DNA of 60,510 nucleotides from a virus (taxonomy: Duplodnaviria; Caudoviricetes): the IMG/VR virus record IMGVR_UViG_3300034012_000174, positions 1 to 60,510 of that record, one strand, 5' to 3'. The translations under genes and the position numbers were made by a program. Below are positions 8,998 through 17,683 of the stretch, one piece after another. The notes beneath the pieces were generated by a model. That model ran no database searches, had not been told where the DNA came from, and saw nothing but the letters and a program-made list of their open reading frames with translations. The number at the start of each line of letters is the position of its first letter. The stretch's first letter is position 1.

Positions 8998-10425
8998 ATG
9001 AGCACAGCGTTAACAGGCATCATAGGCAAAGCCCCAGTAGTGACGGTTTCTAACAATCGTCCGTTGGAAAAAGACCTCTACAAAATGATGTGGGAGCGCC
9101 CTGAGTACCGACATGTGGCTCCGGGTGAAGGTGCGGCATTTGAGTTTATGGAGCAAGCCAAACCTCCTCGTGGTGCATCTGTTATTGACCTTGGCTGCGG
9201 TACAGGCCGAGGCGCACTTAACCTTGCGTTTTTTGGTGGTCTTGATGTCACGATGGTGGACTTTGCAGATAACTGCTTGGACCCCGACATTCGCCCAATG
9301 CTAGAAACCCAAAGCCATGCGTTGCGGTTCAAAGAGCATGACTTGTCACAACCGCTTGGATTTAAAGCCGCCTACGGCTTCTGCACCGATGTGCTAGAGC
9401 ACATTCGACCTCATCACGTAGATCGTGTTCTGGATAACTGCTTAGAGGCATGCCAGCACGTTTTCTTCCAGATTTCGACCCAAGACGACGAGATGGGCAA
9501 GTTGCTTGGGCACAAACTGCATTTGAGTGTTCACCCCTATGAGTGGTGGCTCAAAAAGTTTAATGACCGCAAGTGTCTGATTCATTGGTCTAAAGAGGCT
9601 GACGGGTACGCTTACTTCTATGTGTCTGCTTGGATGTCCGGCAAAGACTTTGTTGACCGTGGAACGCTCAACACGGCAGAAGAAAAGATCAAGGAAAACG
9701 TCAAACACAACGTTGCTTTGGGCTTTCAACAAGTTCAGCCCCATCCGACTAACGACGTAGAAGTAATGATCGTTGGTGGTGGGCCTTCCTTGGCAAACAA
9801 CATTGATGAGATTCGTAGGCTACGTGAGGATGGGGTCAAACTCATCACCATCAACAACGCTTACAAATACTGTCTGGACCACGGCATCACGCCTTCTGCG
9901 ATGGTTATGGTTGATGCTCGGGAGTTCAACAATCGGTTTGTTGACCCAATTGTTCCTGAGTGCAAATACTTTATTGCTTCGCAATGCGACCCAAGTGTCT
10001 TTGCTAAGTTGCCCAAAGAGCAGACTTACATCTGGCACACCAGCGCAGAAATTATCAATGAGATACTAGCGAATCAGTATGAGCGTTGGTATCCTGTACC
10101 CGGTGGTTCGACTGTTTTGCTGCGAACCATCCCGCTCTTTAGAATGTTAGGTTTTAAACGCTTTCACGTTTTTGGCTGCGACTCTTGCTTGGATGGAGAT
10201 AAACATCACGCCTACGAGCAAAAAGAAAACGACGGTCAACCGATAGTTCCGGTAAACGTTGGCGGCAAAATTTTCCAGTGTCACCCTTGGATGGTGTCAC
10301 AGGCGCAAGAGTTCATCGACTTGATCGGGATGTTGGGTGACGAGATCGAGTTAGATGTTCGTGGTGGGTTACTTCGCCACATTTTGGAAACTGGCGCATC
10401 ATGCGCGGATTTAAAGGAGATTTAA
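8998..10425 (+). CDS. Class I SAM methyltransferase fused to a Maf/DUF115 (MAF_flag10-like) putative glycosyltransferase domain
   Basis: VIDLGCGTGRG and CTDVLEHI in the N-half; VMIVGGGPSL, INNAYKYCL..GITP...VD and GGSTV...LGFKRFHVFGCDS in the C-half. Confidence 0.7.
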   Translation: MSTALTGIIGKAPVVTVSNNRPLEKDLYKMMWERPEYRHVAPGEGAAFEFMEQAKPPRGASVIDLGCGTGRGALNLAFFGGLDVTMVDFADNCLDPDIRPMLETQSHALRFKEHDLSQPLGFKAAYGFCTDVLEHIRPHHVDRVLDNCLEACQHVFFQISTQDDEMGKLLGHKLHLSVHPYEWWLKKFNDRKCLIHWSKEADGYAYFYVSAWMSGKDFVDRGTLNTAEEKIKENVKHNVALGFQQVQPHPTNDVEVMIVGGGPSLANNIDEIRRLREDGVKLITINNAYKYCLDHGITPSAMVMVDAREFNNRFVDPIVPECKYFIASQCDPSVFAKLPKEQTYIWHTSAEIINEILANQYERWYPVPGGSTVLLRTIPLFRMLGFKRFHVFGCDSCLDGDKHHAYEQKENDGQPIVPVNVGGKIFQCHPWMVSQAQEFIDLIGMLGDEIELDVRGGLLRHILETGASCADLKEI

Positions 10426-10426
10426 A

Positions 10427-10885
10427 ATGGCTGCATCTGCGTGGCAACTTTACAACCAAGCCAAAAAGTACATCGGTAACGGTACGATTACTCTAGGCGC
10501 GGGCGTATTTAAAATGGTTCTAGCCCGTTCGGCTAGTAACGCATCAACTTTTACGATTAGTACTTATGCTTCGTTGACCAACGAAATTTCTGCAACTGGT
10601 GGCTACGCTACTGGGGGTAAAAATCTTGTTCCGGCAACTGGCATTTGGACGGTTGGTGCTTCGGCTAAACAACAGAAATTTACCTACTCTACTATCGGTC
10701 TGACTTTTACGGCTTCTGGCGCTCCTCTCACTAACGTGAAGTACGCTGTAATTCGTAATTCGACTGGTGCTGGCGCGGGCAAACTTCTGTGCTTCTGCCA
10801 ACTATCGTCTTCACAGTTCACTGTGACTTCTCCCAATACTTTGACGATCCTGCCTGCTGCTACTGGCGTGTTCACTCTTACTTAA
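10427..10885 (+). CDS. Virion structural protein (paralog of 8578-8988)
   Basis: AAGGAG RBS; FKMVLA...EISATGGYATGGKNL...YAVI...GVFTLT. Confidence 0.7.
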   Translation: MAASAWQLYNQAKKYIGNGTITLGAGVFKMVLARSASNASTFTISTYASLTNEISATGGYATGGKNLVPATGIWTVGASAKQQKFTYSTIGLTFTASGAPLTNVKYAVIRNSTGAGAGKLLCFCQLSSSQFTVTSPNTLTILPAATGVFTLT

Positions 10886-10895
10886 TAGGTGAACC

Positions 10896-12008
10896 GTGGC
10901 TAGTGGTTGGGGTACAGGCGCTTGGGGCGGAGGCGAATGGGGCCTCGGCGGAGCCATTACTCCGGGCACTGGTGCCATTGGCATTGGTCAAGGATGGGGT
11001 GTAGGTGGTTGGGGTGAACAGGCTTGGGGCGGCTTATCCGCTCCAATTGTCGTTGATGAAACGGTAATCATTCCAGCGACAGGGTCGTTGACTGTACAAG
11101 GTGTAGCACCTGAACTTTCTCTCCAAACGTTCATTACACCGGCTACAGGAGCAGTAAACGTTGTTGGCATTGCGCCATCGACGTTGATAGACACGATTGT
11201 TACGCCGAATGGAGGTGCAGTACTTGTTGGTTCGGCCCCAGCAGTAGTTGTATCTGGGACGATTATTGAAACTCAAGCCGGTGCGGTTGTCACCCAAGGC
11301 ATAGCGCCAGAAGTCAGACTTGACTTCTTTATCACCCCGGCGGTGGGTTCAGTATCTGTTGACGGTGCAGCCCCTATAATCATTAGGGAACATGTAGCAA
11401 TACCTAATGCAGGTGTCGTGACCGTAACAGGGCATGCGCCAACATTAGTGAGAGAGACGGTGGTAACGCCGTCCGGTGGTGCGATACTTATTGGGTCTGC
11501 ACCAAGTGTTGTGGTTGGTGGTACGGTTATCACACCTGATGTAGGTGCAGCCGTACTAACTGGTGTTGCACCAGTAGCAGTATCCGGAACAGTGATTGTT
11601 CCGCCAACGGGAAGTATTGATGTTGTTGGATACCCAGTAACGGTATTTAGAAACATTGACATATTCCCAGCAGCAGGAGCGGTGACAATAGCCGCAAACG
11701 AGCCTGTCATTGTGCAGGACACTCGTATTACCCCTGCTGTTGGAGCAGTAACGGCGACAGGAGCCGCGCCCACGGTGCTAGATGGAAGGGTTGCATTCCC
11801 ATCCACGGCGGCGTTAAGTCTTGTAGGAGGAACCCCGGTTGTTTCGCAGTCTCGGGTGATTACTCCTCCGAGAGGGCAACTAACTTTGGTAGGTGGCACG
11901 GTAACCATTCAAAATCCGAATTGGATACCGATCAACGATGGACAAACACCGGGGTGGAGTGTTATAAACGATAACCAAACCCCGAATTGGGTCGCAGTTG
12001 CGGCATAG
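10896..12008 (+). CDS. Repeat-rich virion protein (WG motifs plus about 14 repeats of ~20 aa)
   Basis: GWGTGAWGGGEWG N-terminus; repeats of the type ITPxxGxVxVxGxAPxV; C-terminal W..INDxQTPxW repeats. Confidence 0.7.
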   Translation: MASGWGTGAWGGGEWGLGGAITPGTGAIGIGQGWGVGGWGEQAWGGLSAPIVVDETVIIPATGSLTVQGVAPELSLQTFITPATGAVNVVGIAPSTLIDTIVTPNGGAVLVGSAPAVVVSGTIIETQAGAVVTQGIAPEVRLDFFITPAVGSVSVDGAAPIIIREHVAIPNAGVVTVTGHAPTLVRETVVTPSGGAILIGSAPSVVVGGTVITPDVGAAVLTGVAPVAVSGTVIVPPTGSIDVVGYPVTVFRNIDIFPAAGAVTIAANEPVIVQDTRITPAVGAVTATGAAPTVLDGRVAFPSTAALSLVGGTPVVSQSRVITPPRGQLTLVGGTVTIQNPNWIPINDGQTPGWSVINDNQTPNWVAVAA

Positions 12009-12017
12009 GAGTATTAA

Positions 12018-13007
12018 ATGACGATCAATCGTACAACCCTTTTGGACCTTCCTCTTCCAGTCACGGGGACTGAGTCGGGAGTTTGGGGTGACATTACAAA
12101 CAATGGTCTAAGTCAATACCTCGATATTGCAATTGCAGGCCGGACGGCGCTAACAAGTTCTGACTTTACAGGTGGTGCGCTTACTCTTTCCCTGACCGAA
12201 GGCGATGCTTCGGCAACCAACATTGCTGCGGCAAGCGCCCAGTACGGCACAATCTACGTTTCTTCGTTAGCGGCTAACTCTACGATTACAGCCCCGGCTT
12301 CTAACCGTGCTTATCGGGTTGTCAACGCTGACGCAACATACACTCTAACAATTAAAGCCGCAGGCCAAGCGGGAATAACTTTTCCTATAGGTACTTCGGG
12401 TATTGTGGTATTCAACGGCACAGACTATGTGCTGCTTGGTACTTATGCTCCAGTCTTTAACGTAGATAATCTCAAACTTGATGGCAACACCATCTCGTCA
12501 ACCAACAGCAACGGAAATATCACTCTTGCTCCTAACGGCTCAGGTCGTGTTGAGGTAGCAGGTACAAGTTCCAACGCTGGTGGCATTAACCTTTACGAAG
12601 ATACTGACAACGGCACTAACAAGGCGCTGCTCACTGCCCCTGCGGCTTTGGGTTCAGACATCACGGTGACCTTGCCGGATATAACTTCAACTCTTGGGTT
12701 TAGGAATATCCCGCCGGTAGGAACCAAAACGGGTTCATACACGCTGGCTGTAACTGATGTTGGTGAGTACGTTCAAGTTGGTTCTGGTGGCTCAATCACA
12801 ATCCCAGACGCTACGTTTGCTGAAGGTGATGCTGTTTCAATCTTCAACAACACGTCTGGCGACATCACGATCACTTGCTCGATCACCACGGCGTACATTG
12901 CGGGCACAAATACTGATAAAGCGACGGTCACTCTAGCAACTCGGGGTGTAGCAACGGTGTTGTTCATTTCTGGGACCGTCTGCGTCATTACAGGAAATGT
13001 GAGTTAA
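12018..13007 (+). CDS. Tail fibre protein
   Basis: LPVTGTESGVWGDITN N-terminal anchor; NLKLDGNTISSTNSNGNITLAPNGSG fibre repeat. Confidence 0.7.
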   Translation: MTINRTTLLDLPLPVTGTESGVWGDITNNGLSQYLDIAIAGRTALTSSDFTGGALTLSLTEGDASATNIAAASAQYGTIYVSSLAANSTITAPASNRAYRVVNADATYTLTIKAAGQAGITFPIGTSGIVVFNGTDYVLLGTYAPVFNVDNLKLDGNTISSTNSNGNITLAPNGSGRVEVAGTSSNAGGINLYEDTDNGTNKALLTAPAALGSDITVTLPDITSTLGFRNIPPVGTKTGSYTLAVTDVGEYVQVGSGGSITIPDATFAEGDAVSIFNNTSGDITITCSITTAYIAGTNTDKATVTLATRGVATVLFISGTVCVITGNVS

Positions 13008-13010
13008 GCC

Positions 13011-15641
13011 ATGACCGGAATCTTTCAGATTCTCCTTGCGAGCGGCTCTAAAACCGTTCTGGCTGACTTCCTTGTTATTGCTGGAGGTGGGGGTGGTGCT
13101 TACAGCCGAGCAGGGGGTGGTGGTGGCGGTGGCTATCGTACTAGTGCTGGCACTTCTGGCGGTGGCGCTAGTGCTGAATCGGCGTTATCACTTAACACTG
13201 GGGTTGCTTACACTGTTACTGTCGGCGCCGGAGGAACTGGCGGAACTGTAACGGGTTCGGACACCACTAGCGGATCAAATTCTGTTTTAAGCACAGTCAC
13301 TTCAACTGGTGGTGGCAAGGGTGGTATGGGGGCCAATGTTTCTTACCCTGCTGCTACTGGTGGATCAGGCGGTGGTGCTGGAAATATTAGAATGATTAAC
13401 ACCGCTGGTGCCGCTGGAACTTCTAATCAGGGTTATGCCGGTGGCGCATCAAATGCGTCTGGTGGTGATGAAGAAGGCGGTGGCGGCGGTGGCGGTGCTG
13501 GTGGAACAGGCGGGAACGCTACAGTAAATTCCAACGGTGGAAACGGTGGGTCAGGAGTTTCGTCTTCTATTACTGGTTCGTCAGTAGGAAGGGGTGGTGG
13601 CGGCGGCGGCGGTGGCGGAAAATCTACAGCCGGTGGTAGCGCTACAGATGGTGGCGGTGCTGGGGGCACAAACAACGTAGATAACGCTGTTGCTGGAACT
13701 GCAAACACAGGTGGTGGAGGCGGTGGAGGCGGTGACAATAGAAACGGTAAAAACGGCGGCTCCGGTGTCGTAATCATCAAAATCCCATCGACGCACTACG
13801 CATCATTCTCATCTGGTGTAACTTCATCGCTTTCCACATCTGTTGCTGGTTTCAACGTCTATACCGTTACTGCAACTTCTACGACTTCTGAAACAGTGAC
13901 CTTCTTTGAAGGCGCACCTGTTGACTTCCTCGTTATTGCTGGAGGGGGTAGTGGGGCGGGCAACTTTTTGAACGGTGCAGGTACGGGGGGCGGGGGTGCC
14001 GGAGGCTATCGTACTTCTGCTGGTACAAGTGGGGAGGGTTCTTCTGCTGAAAGCAAACTAGGGCTTGTATTTGGCACTGCTTACACTGTAACTGTTGGTG
14101 CAGGAGGTGCAACTCCATCGCTTGGTACTAATGGAAATGCAGGTTCTAACTCTGTATTTTCTACTATTACTTCCACTGGTGGCGGCTTTGGTTCCTACGC
14201 CAATACTTCTTCCGGAGGCTCAGGTGGTTCGGGTGGAGGTTCTGGACGAAATGTTGGTGGGCAAGTTGGTGGTGCTGGGACTGCTCTTCAGGGGTATGCT
14301 GGCGGTACAGGTTACGATGGTGTTCCTTTTCGTGGCGGTGGCGGTGGTGGAGCAAACGAACTAGGAGCCGCAGGTGTTACTTCTGGAAATGGTGGTGCTG
14401 GGCTTGCGTCCACTATTACAGGCTCGTCTGTTACCCGTGGTGGTGGCGGTGGCGGCGGCGTGTATGGAAGCACTGTGTATTCTGGCGGCTCAGGCGGATC
14501 GGGCGGCGGTGGCGCTGGCGGTGCGAGTGGTTCTTCTGCCGCTGCTGGGACTGCTGGGACAGTTAATACTGGTGGCGGTGGCGGTGGTGGTGGGTCTAAC
14601 AACTCTGTAGGGTACGCAGGCGGCGCAGGCGGCTCTGGCATTGTCATCATTAAAGTACCTGACAACGTAACCGCAACATTCTCTGGTGGCGTTACATCTA
14701 GCCTGTCCACATCTGTATCTGGGTTCAACATCTACTCTGTAACTGCTACGTCTACTACATCTGAGACTGTGACGTTTGTGCGGAAAGAAACATTTAATGC
14801 TGACTATCTAGTGATTGCTGGCGGTGCTGGTGGTGGTTCTAATCGGACTACAAACTCTGGTGGTGGAGGTGGTGCTGGTGGGTATAGGGAATTAACTTCT
14901 CAAACTCTAGTCACTTTAACAACTTACACGGTTACTGTTGGCGCTGGTGGTAACGGTTCATCTAGCGGCGGAACTCCGGGTGCGTCTGGTTCAAATTCTG
15001 TACTAAGCACAACTACATCTGCTGGTGGTGGCGGTGGGGGAGATAGTGCGACTACCGCAACAGGTGTTGCTGGAGGTTCTGGCGGTGGTGGTGGCGCTGG
15101 TTCAAGTAGTAGTGCTGGTGGTTCTGGAAATACTCCAACGCAATCCCCATCACAAGGTAACAATGGGGGCAACGGAGATTACAATTCCCCTGCTTATGCA
15201 GGTGGCGGAGGTGGTGGTGCCGGTGCAGTAGGGTCAAACGCTACAAGCACAACTGGCGGTAATGGTGGTGCTGGAACAGCCTCATCTATCACGGGTTCTT
15301 CTGTTACACGAGGAGGTGGTGGAGGTGGTGGTGCTGGCGGGTCTTCTACGGCAGGTACTGGAGGTGCAGGTGGTGGTGGTAATGGCGCAAACAACGTAGG
15401 TCAAGCCGCAAACGGTACTGCAAATACTGGCGGCGGTGGTGGGGGCCAAGGTTACGGTGGTAATGGAAATAAAAATGGTGGTAACGGCGGTTCAGGCGTA
15501 GTCATCATCAAGATACCAGATACCCGCACGGCTACTTTTTCAGGTGGTGTAACTTCATCTCTATCTACGGCTGTATCAGGGTTTAAGATTTACACCGTGA
15601 CCGCTACATCGACAACCAGCGAGACTGTAACTTTTAGTTAA
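13011..15641 (+). CDS. Glycine-rich putative receptor-binding protein with three tandem domains
   Basis: Three ~290-aa units, each beginning D(F/Y)LVIAGG and ending GGSG(V/I)VIIK(I/V)P...VTATSTTSETVTF. Confidence 0.75.
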   Translation: MTGIFQILLASGSKTVLADFLVIAGGGGGAYSRAGGGGGGGYRTSAGTSGGGASAESALSLNTGVAYTVTVGAGGTGGTVTGSDTTSGSNSVLSTVTSTGGGKGGMGANVSYPAATGGSGGGAGNIRMINTAGAAGTSNQGYAGGASNASGGDEEGGGGGGGAGGTGGNATVNSNGGNGGSGVSSSITGSSVGRGGGGGGGGGKSTAGGSATDGGGAGGTNNVDNAVAGTANTGGGGGGGGDNRNGKNGGSGVVIIKIPSTHYASFSSGVTSSLSTSVAGFNVYTVTATSTTSETVTFFEGAPVDFLVIAGGGSGAGNFLNGAGTGGGGAGGYRTSAGTSGEGSSAESKLGLVFGTAYTVTVGAGGATPSLGTNGNAGSNSVFSTITSTGGGFGSYANTSSGGSGGSGGGSGRNVGGQVGGAGTALQGYAGGTGYDGVPFRGGGGGGANELGAAGVTSGNGGAGLASTITGSSVTRGGGGGGGVYGSTVYSGGSGGSGGGGAGGASGSSAAAGTAGTVNTGGGGGGGGSNNSVGYAGGAGGSGIVIIKVPDNVTATFSGGVTSSLSTSVSGFNIYSVTATSTTSETVTFVRKETFNADYLVIAGGAGGGSNRTTNSGGGGGAGGYRELTSQTLVTLTTYTVTVGAGGNGSSSGGTPGASGSNSVLSTTTSAGGGGGGDSATTATGVAGGSGGGGGAGSSSSAGGSGNTPTQSPSQGNNGGNGDYNSPAYAGGGGGGAGAVGSNATSTTGGNGGAGTASSITGSSVTRGGGGGGGAGGSSTAGTGGAGGGGNGANNVGQAANGTANTGGGGGGQGYGGNGNKNGGNGGSGVVIIKIPDTRTATFSGGVTSSLSTAVSGFKIYTVTATSTTSETVTFS

Positions 15642-15650
15642 GGAGAACAC

Positions 15651-16049
15651 ATGGCACACTTTGCAAAACTTGATGCAAACAACGTCGTAATCTTTGTCAC
15701 GGTGGGTCGTGATGAGGATGACGGCAAAGAAGCGCAACTCAATGCTCGGACGGGGGATGTTTACAAGCAGACTTCGTACAACACTCGTGGCGGCGTTCAC
15801 TACGACCCCAACACTGGCGAGCCTAGCGCAGACCAGACCAAAGCACTTCGCAAGAATTACGCAGGTCTCGGTTACACCTACGACGCAAGTCGGGATGCTT
15901 TCATTCCCCCCAAGCCTTACAACTCTTGGGTGCTCAATGAGACCACTTGCCTGTGGGACGCCCCGGTTCCGTACCCCACGGACGGTAAGCGTTACATGTG
16001 GGATGAAGCCACGACTTCGTGGGTCGAGCAGGAAGAGGTGGCTGCGTGA
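15651..16049 (+). CDS. Conserved partner of glycine-rich fibre proteins
   Basis: MAHFAKLD...KQTSYNT...RKNYAG.GYTYD...DAFIPPKPY.SW. Confidence 0.75.
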   Translation: MAHFAKLDANNVVIFVTVGRDEDDGKEAQLNARTGDVYKQTSYNTRGGVHYDPNTGEPSADQTKALRKNYAGLGYTYDASRDAFIPPKPYNSWVLNETTCLWDAPVPYPTDGKRYMWDEATTSWVEQEEVAA

Positions 16050-16243
16050 AACTCATCAAACTGACCAACGCTACCAAGGGTCGTATTGGTGAAGGGCTTA
16101 TCCTCAACACCGATCTGATTATTTCTTTCTTTGAGCATAAGCAAGAAGATGGAACCAAAGTCACTGCGGCTTTTGGTATGAATGGCAATTCGTGGGAAGT
16201 CTCTGAGACCATCGACGAAATTGCGGAGCAAATAAATGGCTGA
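16046..16243 (+). CDS. Small hypothetical protein
   Basis: GTGA coupling; KLIKLTN...LNTDLI...WEVSETIDEI. Confidence 0.6.
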   Translation: MKLIKLTNATKGRIGEGLILNTDLIISFFEHKQEDGTKVTAAFGMNGNSWEVSETIDEIAEQING

Positions 16244-16412
16244 AAAATGGATTCAGAAAGCCATTAAAAAACCCGGTGCCCTAAAGAAGGCACTGGGTGT
16301 TGCCAAAGACAAGCCTATTCCAGCCAAAAAACTGGCTAAAGCAGCAAAAGCCCCGGGCAAACTGGGGCAACGTGCAAGGCTTGCACAAACGTTGAAAGGA
16401 CTAAAGAAATGA
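16236..16412 (+). CDS. Small very basic protein (58 aa, absent from ORF track)
   Basis: MAEKWIQKAIKKPGALKKALGV...GKLGQRARLAQTLKGLKK*; GGAG RBS. Confidence 0.7.
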   Translation: MAEKWIQKAIKKPGALKKALGVAKDKPIPAKKLAKAAKAPGKLGQRARLAQTLKGLKK

Positions 16413-16822
16413 TTTTTGGGGATAAAGACCTACGCAAAGAACAAATTACCGTAGACGCTGAGATGCGGCGTTTGGAAGCAGCATCCCCCGCTAAAGAAGT
16501 AGCGGGTAAGTCCATCGGCAAGTGGGGTCTGCTGTGCATCACCATCATTGTGATGATTGGTGTGGGTGCAAGTCTTGTCCTTGATGAATCCAAAATTGCC
16601 GCCGTGATTGGTCTGGTCAGTGCGGCTCTTACAGCGTTGATTGCTATGCTCAACGGCATTGCTGGGGCAACTCCCAAACAAGAAAAGCCTGAGTTTGAAA
16701 TCATGCGCCAGTTGATCGAACGTCTTGATCGCATGGCGGACAGAGACCCCATGCACGTTCATGTTGATGGGGAGAAGGTCACCGTTAAAAAGGGTGACAG
16801 CGAAATGACCTCTGGGAGGTAA
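16409..16822 (+). CDS. Two-TM membrane protein (possible holin/antiholin)
   Basis: Two hydrophobic helices; adjacent to lysis genes. Confidence 0.55.
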   Translation: MIFGDKDLRKEQITVDAEMRRLEAASPAKEVAGKSIGKWGLLCITIIVMIGVGASLVLDESKIAAVIGLVSAALTALIAMLNGIAGATPKQEKPEFEIMRQLIERLDRMADRDPMHVHVDGEKVTVKKGDSEMTSGR

Positions 16823-16824
16823 GT

Positions 16825-17346
16825 ATGGTTCCAATCGTAGGTGCGCTGCTTGGTACGCTGGCAGAGAGCGGGTTAAACCTGCTATCCAGCGCAATCCAAG
16901 CCAAAGGCAAGGAAGTCGTTGAGAAGACCCTTGGGGTCAAGATTTCCGACAACCCAACCCCACAAGAAGTTGAAAACCTTCGTCAACTCCAGTACGACCA
17001 CGAAGAGCGTCTGCTGGAGTTGGGTATTGAAAAGGCAAAGATTGAACAGCAAGAACTAGAAGCCTTGCTGGCTGCGCAAGCCAACCAAGAAAACAACATC
17101 TCTGATCGGTGGAAAGCGGACATGGCTTCGGACTCTAAGTTGTCCAAGAACATTCGCCCAATGACTCTGATCTACATCTTGACTGCGTACTTGCTGTTTG
17201 CCGGTCTGAGTGCTGCGGGTATCAACGTACAGGAAGCCTATGTTGCTCTTTTAGGGCAGTGGGGTATGTTGGTCATGACTGCTTATTTTGGCGGGCGCAC
17301 CGTTGAAAAAGTCATGGAAATGCGCAGAAAGGGGAAAGACGAATGA
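16825..17346 (+). CDS. Holin (GTA-type 3TM holin-like)
   Basis: RWKADM.SDS.LSKNIRP...AYFGGRT.EK motif; directly before the endolysin. Confidence 0.7.
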   Translation: MVPIVGALLGTLAESGLNLLSSAIQAKGKEVVEKTLGVKISDNPTPQEVENLRQLQYDHEERLLELGIEKAKIEQQELEALLAAQANQENNISDRWKADMASDSKLSKNIRPMTLIYILTAYLLFAGLSAAGINVQEAYVALLGQWGMLVMTAYFGGRTVEKVMEMRRKGKDE

Positions 17347-17681
17347 GCCTATCTAAAGAACAGGCAGCGTTCCTCTTGGATGCCTGCAAGTTAATTCAGT
17401 ACGCCACAGAGCAGGGCTTTATGGTGACGGGAGGGGAACTCGCTCGTACTCCTGAGCAACAAGCCATCCACGTGAAAGCGGGGCGGTCAAAGACCATGAA
17501 CTCGATTCACCTCAAACGTTGTGCAATCGACCTTAATTTCTTCAAAGATGGCAAAATTATTTGGAGCAAAGAAGTTCTTGCCCCTCTTGGAGTGTACTGG
17601 GAATCTTTGCACCCAAAAAATCGTTGGGGTGGTAACTTTAAATCATTGGTGGACTGCCCCCACTTTGAACGGAACGTTTAA
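17343..17681 (+). CDS. Endolysin, M15-family peptidase
   Basis: RT.EQQ...S.H....AID...WGG.F...D.PHFE zinc-peptidase motifs. Confidence 0.85.
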   Translation: MSLSKEQAAFLLDACKLIQYATEQGFMVTGGELARTPEQQAIHVKAGRSKTMNSIHLKRCAIDLNFFKDGKIIWSKEVLAPLGVYWESLHPKNRWGGNFKSLVDCPHFERNV

Positions 17682-17683
17682 TC

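Noticed and set aside
8998-9630. Methyltransferase domain as a DNA methyltransferase
   Set aside because: No DPPY/NPPY or PCQ catalytic motif; it resembles small-molecule or glycan methyltransferases
13433-15394. Poly-proline ORFs on the - strand
   Set aside because: Reverse complement of poly-glycine codons
13011-15641. Diversity-generating retroelement acting on the repeated fibre domains
   Set aside because: No reverse transcriptase seen, and repeat differences are not adenine-specific
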